From Acidobacteriota bacterium (GTDB lineage: Bacteria > Acidobacteriota > CAIWXX01), in the NCBI GenBank assembly GCA_040755995.1, contig JBFMAF010000016.1, positions 32,001-96,000 on the forward strand: a DNA stretch of 64,000 nt. Direction: 5' to 3'. The translations under genes and the position numbers were made by a program. Shown here piece by piece: positions 58,180 to 64,000 of this stretch. The notes beneath the pieces are model-generated. The model was not told the origin of the DNA and searched no databases. It saw nothing but the letters and a program-made list of their open reading frames with translations. Position 1 is the stretch's first letter. Every line of letters starts with the position of its first letter.

Positions 58180-60633
58180 ATGAGATGCAATTCACTCCTC
58201 ACCGTGGCTCTGCTGGTTATGGGAGCCAGCATTCTTTCATCAGGCGATAACCGGTGGACATGCATCGGTCCGTATGGCGGCGACATTGGCAAGTTCGCGT
58301 TCCATCCGTCGCTTCACAATCTAGTTTTCGCAAGCGGGGATACTGGGCTGTTCCGAAGCGCGGATGGTGGGCGCAAGTGGGAGCGTGTGCATGACTCGTG
58401 GGTGGTGGGAGACGGCACCGAGCCGAATGTGCGCATACACCCCGCAGACGGAGCGCGGGTCTTCCTGGCAGATGACCGTCTGTATGTCAGTAGTGACCGT
58501 GGAACCACATGGCAGCTGATATCACGGGAGCCGTTTCCGGAGCGGGCCTCTGACTTCGAGATGGATCCGTCCGACCCGAGTGTCCTGTACATACTCACAC
58601 GGCTTCACGGAGTGTACAGGAGCACGGACGGCGGAGTGACGTGGGCTCCGAGGAACTCCGGATTGGACATCCCCGCAGGCCGTTTTGCCGCCAGACCTCA
58701 GTTGGAAATCAACCCGACTGGCGGCAACACGCTCTATGTCTTGCTGCCAGATCACAAGATCTTCAAGACGACTACCGGTGGTGCTCACTGGAAGCGCATG
58801 GATAAAGGAATCGATCCCAGCTCGGACGGAAGAGCGCTCATGATCGACCCTTCGAATACAGACTTCCTGTACACAGCGGGCGAGGCTGGAGTATTCAAGA
58901 CCACAGACGCCGGAATGAACTGGGCCAAGGTCCATGACGCTGCCACATGGGGACTCGCAACAGACCACGGGAGACCCAATTCTGTCTACGCAGTGAGGCT
59001 GTCTGAATTGCTCAAAACCGTCGACGGGGGCGCCACCTGGACATCGATCGACCTGGATCTCTCTCATGCTACCGTTGCCGGCGTTCATCCCTCCAAGGAC
59101 AATCTCATCCTAGTCGGAGAGAAACTGGGCATCACCCGGTCCACGGACACGGGTAAGTCATGGCATGCCGTGAACGCAGGCATTGACAACTACCTGGCAA
59201 CCCGAATGGCCTATACAGAGAGTCCTGTGAAACGACTGTTCTGCGTTGCGTCTGCCGCCCTCTACGAGAGTCAGGATGGCGGAAGAAACTGGGCGCTGTC
59301 TTCACTTTCCGAGGAAGGTCGGCTTGTGATCGACCTGCAGGTTCACGCTGCAAACCCGCGGCTGATTTTCGCGGGGTTGGGCGTGACGACCGAAATCCTC
59401 GCCCTGAGCCGCGACGGCGGCTCAACATGGGAGTTCGGAGCTCCTATCCGCAAGACCGGGTGGTGCCATGGTGTGGCGATAGCACTCGACCCGCGTGAGG
59501 AGAGCATTGTTTACATGGCGGTCTGGGAAGATCGCGAGAACGCTCCACGCATAGGACGCGGAGTGGCAAAGAGCACGGACCAGGGGCAGACCTGGCGATT
59601 CATGAACGCAGGGCTCTCGGAAAGGTATGTAACTGCACTCGCCGTCGATCCGAGACGTGCCTCGGTACTCTTGGCCGGCACAGGCGATCTGCACGGCCAG
59701 GGCGTGGCCACCGGCCAGATATTCAAGACCACAAACGGCGGAGCAACATGGAAGAAGAGCAGCACTGGTCTGGCCGAGGACGAGGTTCTGGTGTCGGCGA
59801 TCACGTTCGACCCGGATGATTCCACAGTTGTTTACACAGCCACAGGTTCCGGTGTGTACAAGAGCAGCGATGGCGGTCGAACCTGGGCGCTCAAGACAGG
59901 TCCGCTGGGCTGTGCTTTCGTGCAGCCTCTGCCGGCAATGCCAAAGACCCTAATGGCGGGCAGGTCCGGCAGCCTCCTGATCTCGATTGATCAAGGTGAG
60001 TCCTGGACGGCCTTCGATTCCACTGGCCTCGGCCCCTTCGGCATGAACGACTTCATGCTCGACCCATTGGACTCAAGCCGCTACCTCATAGGCACCAACC
60101 GCGGAGTCTTCTCATATACCCGGAAGGGTGCTATTGGGGGTCCTGTCATCCAGCAGCTCTCGCCTGACGCCGGGAGAGTCGGTGACTCCGTGACGATCAA
60201 CGGGAGCGGATACGGCCAGCTCCAGCTGGACTCGAAAGTGCGCTTCGGATCAATCGATGCCGGCGTCGCGCAATCGTGGTCGGACGAGAGCATCAGAGTG
60301 ACGGTGCCGTCTGGCGCCCGCACCGGGGCGGTAGCGGTCACGGTACTTGGCAAGAAGAGCAACGCTTTCGGCTTCATCGTCATGCCGGCCACCGGGAACA
60401 TAGAGCCCACGGGCGGCCCGGCCTCAGGCGGCACACGCGTCACGATCCTCGCCCCATCGGGAACCTCGGGCACACAGTTCAACGTGCTCTTCGGCTCCAC
60501 CCTCGCCAGGAATATCGGTTTCGTCCAGCCGAATGTTATCACGTGCGAGAGCCCACCTGGCTCGGGCACGGTCGAGGTGAAGGTGACGAGCAGCGTGACG
60601 AGCACGACCGTGGGCCAATTCACGTACTACTGA
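58180..60633 (+). CDS. Secreted BNR/Asp-box (VPS10/Ycf48-like) beta-propeller with two IPT/TIG domains
   Basis: GGAGG RBS; signal peptide; many S.DGG.TW repeats; GDSVTINGSG and GPASGGTRVTI IPT domains. Confidence 0.88.
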   Translation: MRCNSLLTVALLVMGASILSSGDNRWTCIGPYGGDIGKFAFHPSLHNLVFASGDTGLFRSADGGRKWERVHDSWVVGDGTEPNVRIHPADGARVFLADDRLYVSSDRGTTWQLISREPFPERASDFEMDPSDPSVLYILTRLHGVYRSTDGGVTWAPRNSGLDIPAGRFAARPQLEINPTGGNTLYVLLPDHKIFKTTTGGAHWKRMDKGIDPSSDGRALMIDPSNTDFLYTAGEAGVFKTTDAGMNWAKVHDAATWGLATDHGRPNSVYAVRLSELLKTVDGGATWTSIDLDLSHATVAGVHPSKDNLILVGEKLGITRSTDTGKSWHAVNAGIDNYLATRMAYTESPVKRLFCVASAALYESQDGGRNWALSSLSEEGRLVIDLQVHAANPRLIFAGLGVTTEILALSRDGGSTWEFGAPIRKTGWCHGVAIALDPREESIVYMAVWEDRENAPRIGRGVAKSTDQGQTWRFMNAGLSERYVTALAVDPRRASVLLAGTGDLHGQGVATGQIFKTTNGGATWKKSSTGLAEDEVLVSAITFDPDDSTVVYTATGSGVYKSSDGGRTWALKTGPLGCAFVQPLPAMPKTLMAGRSGSLLISIDQGESWTAFDSTGLGPFGMNDFMLDPLDSSRYLIGTNRGVFSYTRKGAIGGPVIQQLSPDAGRVGDSVTINGSGYGQLQLDSKVRFGSIDAGVAQSWSDESIRVTVPSGARTGAVAVTVLGKKSNAFGFIVMPATGNIEPTGGPASGGTRVTILAPSGTSGTQFNVLFGSTLARNIGFVQPNVITCESPPGSGTVEVKVTSSVTSTTVGQFTYY

Positions 60634-60700
60634 TCCGGCAGACCCTGGAGGCGCCGGTCGACAGCCGCGGTTGACCCGGCCTGCCCCTCGATATTCGACG

Positions 60701-61912
60701 CTACGACAGCCCGAAATTCCGCCGGGCAAGCTCTGCTATGCTCTGCCCGATGCTGATCGATGCCGTGGCGGCGGGTGAGGGTGCATTCAGAACGTGGATC
60801 ATCCGGTCCGCCTCAGCTATTCTGAAGTCATCTAGAAGGTTGCCTGCAGCATCGAGCGCCTGAGCCCGGATACCGGCACCGCCCGGCCACAGGTCGGGCG
60901 AATTGAGGTCCGGCACGAGCCGCTGCAAGGCTCGAACGAATGCGCGCTTGCTGGCGGAGCGATAGAACTCCCCCGTGCCGACCCGCCAGTACCTGACGGC
61001 GAGGCGCCAGAAGCCCGGATAGAGTACCGTCTCTCCGAAATCCCGTAGCGAGAAGCTCCACTTCTCATATCCTTCCCGCTTGAACGCGAGCACCGCGTTG
61101 GGACCGGCTTCGATTCCCCCAGAAATCCTCCGCGTGAAGTGCACGCCGAGAAAGGGGAATTTGGGATTGGGGACGGGGTACACCAGGTGCCGCACGATAT
61201 CGCGACGCTCCGGACCGATCTCGTAGTACTCGCCGCGGAACGGCACAATGCGAACATCCGGAACGAGGCCCGCGAGCCGCGCGACGCGATCGCTCTGTAG
61301 ACCTGCGCAATTCACCAAGAATGAACAGGCGACGGCGCCTGCAGTGGTTTCCACCACGAGCCCGCCCTGCTCGCGGCAGATGCCGGTGACGCGCGCAGCG
61401 GTTTGAATCTCGCCGCCCGCCTGCCGCACGACGCCTGCATATCCCCTGGCGACCTCGACGTAGTCCACGATGCCGGTCTCGGGCACGAGCAGTCCCGCCA
61501 CACCTGCCACGTTCGGCTCGCGCTCTCGCATCTCCTCCGGCCCCAGGCGGCGCAGGCCGACCAGCCCGTTGGCACGCCCTCGACGTGCGAGTTCCTCCAG
61601 CGCCGGTAGCTCTGTAGCGTCGACGGCCACCACCAGTTTCCCGCAGCGCTCGTGCGGGACGGCGTGTTTTCGGCAGAAGCTGTATAGCGCCTTGCGGCCG
61701 GCGGCACAATGCTGCGCTTTGAGCGAGCCCGGCTTGTAGTAGAGCCCCGCGTGGATCACGCCGCTGTTGTGCCCTGTCTGATGGGCGGCCAGTGTGTCCT
61801 CCGCCTCCAGCACTATCAGCGACGAATGCTGGGAGGAACCGAGCGCCATCGCCGTGGCCAGGCCCACAATGCCGCCTCCAACGACGGCGACGTCGAACTT
61901 CATCGCGCTCAT
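60701..61912 (-). CDS. lhgO: L-2-hydroxyglutarate oxidase
   Basis: GGGIVG, HQTGHNSGVIHAGLYY, PFLGVHFT, NAPSPAATAS. Confidence 0.93.
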   Translation of the reverse strand: MSAMKFDVAVVGGGIVGLATAMALGSSQHSSLIVLEAEDTLAAHQTGHNSGVIHAGLYYKPGSLKAQHCAAGRKALYSFCRKHAVPHERCGKLVVAVDATELPALEELARRGRANGLVGLRRLGPEEMREREPNVAGVAGLLVPETGIVDYVEVARGYAGVVRQAGGEIQTAARVTGICREQGGLVVETTAGAVACSFLVNCAGLQSDRVARLAGLVPDVRIVPFRGEYYEIGPERRDIVRHLVYPVPNPKFPFLGVHFTRRISGGIEAGPNAVLAFKREGYEKWSFSLRDFGETVLYPGFWRLAVRYWRVGTGEFYRSASKRAFVRALQRLVPDLNSPDLWPGGAGIRAQALDAAGNLLDDFRIAEADRMIHVLNAPSPAATASISIGQSIAELARRNFGLS

Positions 61913-62147
61913 CTGCTCCCGTCAAGGTACAAGCCTACCATCGGATTCCCAATTTGGAAATCCGGATCTCGGACCTGCGCCTGCGCGCGCGACGGCCGCC
62001 GCCGTGCAGAGCTGGTACGATCTGTGGAATCTCCATGATCTGCCACATCTGCGGTTTCATCTTGCGAACTCTGCCCTGCCCGATGCTCGATGTGTGAAAT
62101 CGTCACGGAGGTGTGCGAGAATGGAGCAGTCTAGAGAGGTGACCCGC

Positions 62148-62876
62148 ATGGGCAGTGCGAGCGTAAAGAAACGCGAGGCGGTGCTGCTGCTTTCCGGCGG
62201 GCTCGACTCTTATACAGCCGGCGCCGTCGCTCGTAGGCGAGGCTGGGGCCTGGTTGCGCTGACCGTCGGGTATGGGCAGAGACACTCTGTCGAGCTGGAT
62301 GCGGCGAGAGCGGTTGCTCGCGACCTCGGCGTAGAGCATCACTACTTCCAGACTGTCGACTTGCGAGCCTGGGGCGGATCGGCGCTCACCGGCCCGGCGC
62401 GCGTCCCCAAGGGAGGGTCGATCGGCCGATCGATCCCGGCCACGTATGTTCCGGCGCGGAACACGATCCTGCTGAGCCTGGCGCTGGGACTGGCCGAGGC
62501 CCGCGGGTTGTGCGACATCATCATCGGAGTGAACGCGCTGGACTACAGCGGATACCCGGACTGCCGCCCCCCCTTCATCCGTTCATTTCAGCAGACCGCG
62601 AACCTTGCCACGAGAGCAGCAGTCGCAGCCGGAGTCAGATTCCGCATACAGACGCCGTTGATACGCATGACAAAGGCTCGGATCATCCGGACCGGCCTGC
62701 GCCTCGGCTGCGACTATTCGCTCACATGGAGCTGCTACGATCCGCAGCGGCGAGGGCGGCGGCCCGTACCCTGCCTGCGGTGCGACAGCTGCCGGCTCCG
62801 GGCCAAGGGATTTCACGAAGCGGGGGTCCCCGACCCGCTTGAACCGCGTGAGGGCGCCGACAGGAAGCGACCGTGA
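62148..62876 (+). CDS. queC: 7-cyano-7-deazaguanine synthase
   Basis: SGGLDS, YGQRH, TYVPARN, DYSGYPDCR, TWSCY, C..CDSC. Confidence 0.96.
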   Translation: MGSASVKKREAVLLLSGGLDSYTAGAVARRRGWGLVALTVGYGQRHSVELDAARAVARDLGVEHHYFQTVDLRAWGGSALTGPARVPKGGSIGRSIPATYVPARNTILLSLALGLAEARGLCDIIIGVNALDYSGYPDCRPPFIRSFQQTANLATRAAVAAGVRFRIQTPLIRMTKARIIRTGLRLGCDYSLTWSCYDPQRRGRRPVPCLRCDSCRLRAKGFHEAGVPDPLEPREGADRKRP

Positions 62877-63141
62877 CTACTTCCTCCATGGCACGCCATC
62901 CAGGGTTGGGTCGTCTTGTGTTACCCAACCGCGCAAGTTAGAATCAGTTCTGAGAAGTGGGCCCCAATTCCGCGACGGAAAGGATGGTATTCACTTCACA
63001 TGGTCGGGCAGAGCTCTTTCCACTGCACCGTGGTGTCGAACAGTCCAGAATCAAGGGCGTGCTGACCATGAGCGACGACAGGAGGCCGAACAGCTGCGCA
63101 TCCATCCGAACCGTCGTGAGTCTCGCTGCAGAGGAGGGGGT

Positions 63142-63972
63142 ATGGCGATCATAACCATCTCGAGAGGCTCTCATACCCGCGGCAAGGAGGTGGCCGAGCT
63201 GGTGGCACGCCGTCTGGGATACTCGTGTATATCACGCGAAATACTGCTGGAAGCTTCGGAGCAATTCAATGTTCCGGAGATAAGACTGCAGCACGCAATA
63301 CGTGACGTTCCCTCATTCTTCAAGCGCTTTTCTTCCACGCAAAGCAGATATGTCGCGTATATACAACTCGCTCTGCTCAGGCACCTCTTGCAGGACAATA
63401 CGGTGTACCACGGGCTGGCTGGCCATTTCTTTGTTCAAGGTATCTCGCATGTGCTCAAGGTCAGGATCATCGCCGATATTCAGGATCGGATCGCGCTCGT
63501 AATGGAACGGGACAAGATCTCAGCCAAGCAGGCTGAACGGCTTATCATCAACGTCGACCGGCAGCGGAAAAAATGGGGCCTCAATCTCTACGGAATCGAC
63601 ACAACGGATAGCCAGCTCTACGATCTGGTCATCAACACGGCCAGGTTTTCGATCGAAGATGCCGTTGATATCATCTGTCACACTGTCCAAAAGGATGCCT
63701 TCCGCGCGACCACTGAGTCCCGCCGGGAGATGGAAAACCTTGTCTTGAGAGCAGAAATCAATGCCGTGTTTCAGGAAATGCATTTCAATGTCCCGCTGGA
63801 AATCCACGTCAGTGACAGCATGGTGACACTGAAAACACCGGTGGAATACTCACTCGACAAGAGTGTCGCCGATGAGATTGAGGCCAAGGTGAAATCGCTG
63901 GCCGGCGTTCGCGAGGTCAGGATTCTCGGAGCGTCGCGAACGGTTCATACCAATCCATTTCACAACATATAG
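63142..63972 (+). CDS. Cytidylate kinase-like family protein with C-terminal BON-like domain
   Basis: GGAGG RBS; MAIITISRG..G.EVA..VA..LGY, YHGLAGHF, YDLVIN. Confidence 0.85.
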   Translation: MAIITISRGSHTRGKEVAELVARRLGYSCISREILLEASEQFNVPEIRLQHAIRDVPSFFKRFSSTQSRYVAYIQLALLRHLLQDNTVYHGLAGHFFVQGISHVLKVRIIADIQDRIALVMERDKISAKQAERLIINVDRQRKKWGLNLYGIDTTDSQLYDLVINTARFSIEDAVDIICHTVQKDAFRATTESRREMENLVLRAEINAVFQEMHFNVPLEIHVSDSMVTLKTPVEYSLDKSVADEIEAKVKSLAGVREVRILGASRTVHTNPFHNI

Positions 63973-64000
63973 CAAGGCGCTACCTCAGACCCCCAGACCG

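Noticed and set aside
62148..62876. queC as part of a Qat or Dpd anti-phage system
   Set aside because: Canonical length and motifs of housekeeping QueC; no qat or dpd neighbours in the window

Overview
GC-rich bacterial DNA, about 64% GC by eye. The gene content (Oar-type TonB receptor, PEGA/TPR/FHA operon, many secreted PKD/CARDB/IPT proteins) suggests Acidobacteriota or a similar uncultured lineage; this is an inference. No rRNA, tRNA, integrase or CRISPR array was recognised. Main blocks in order: the end of an RND efflux gene; a GH123-like hydrolase; a NitT/TauT-type ABC operon with an SBP-OmpA fusion; a TPR-NHL/PEGA/cNMP-FHA operon; secreted proteins sharing a basic PKD-CARDB tail; a TPR-CHAT protease; a TetR-controlled cluster of TonB receptor, FabG, atypical FabH, esterases and a CoA ligase; a duplication mosaic littered with hflKC fragments; hflKC; a B12 radical SAM; an Rrf2 regulator; PLP enzymes; a double-cupredoxin protein; lhgO and queC. 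The most striking feature is a compact cluster at 54.7-58.0 kb. It encodes a PRMT-like methyltransferase, a PlpX-like radical SAM/SPASM splicease, a 113-aa precursor with three X-Y-G sites, a small helical protein and a SycD/LcrH-like TPR chaperone. It is a candidate new spliceotide (alpha-keto-beta-amino acid RiPP) system, possibly linked to type III-style export. All family assignments come from motif recognition by eye, not from database searches.
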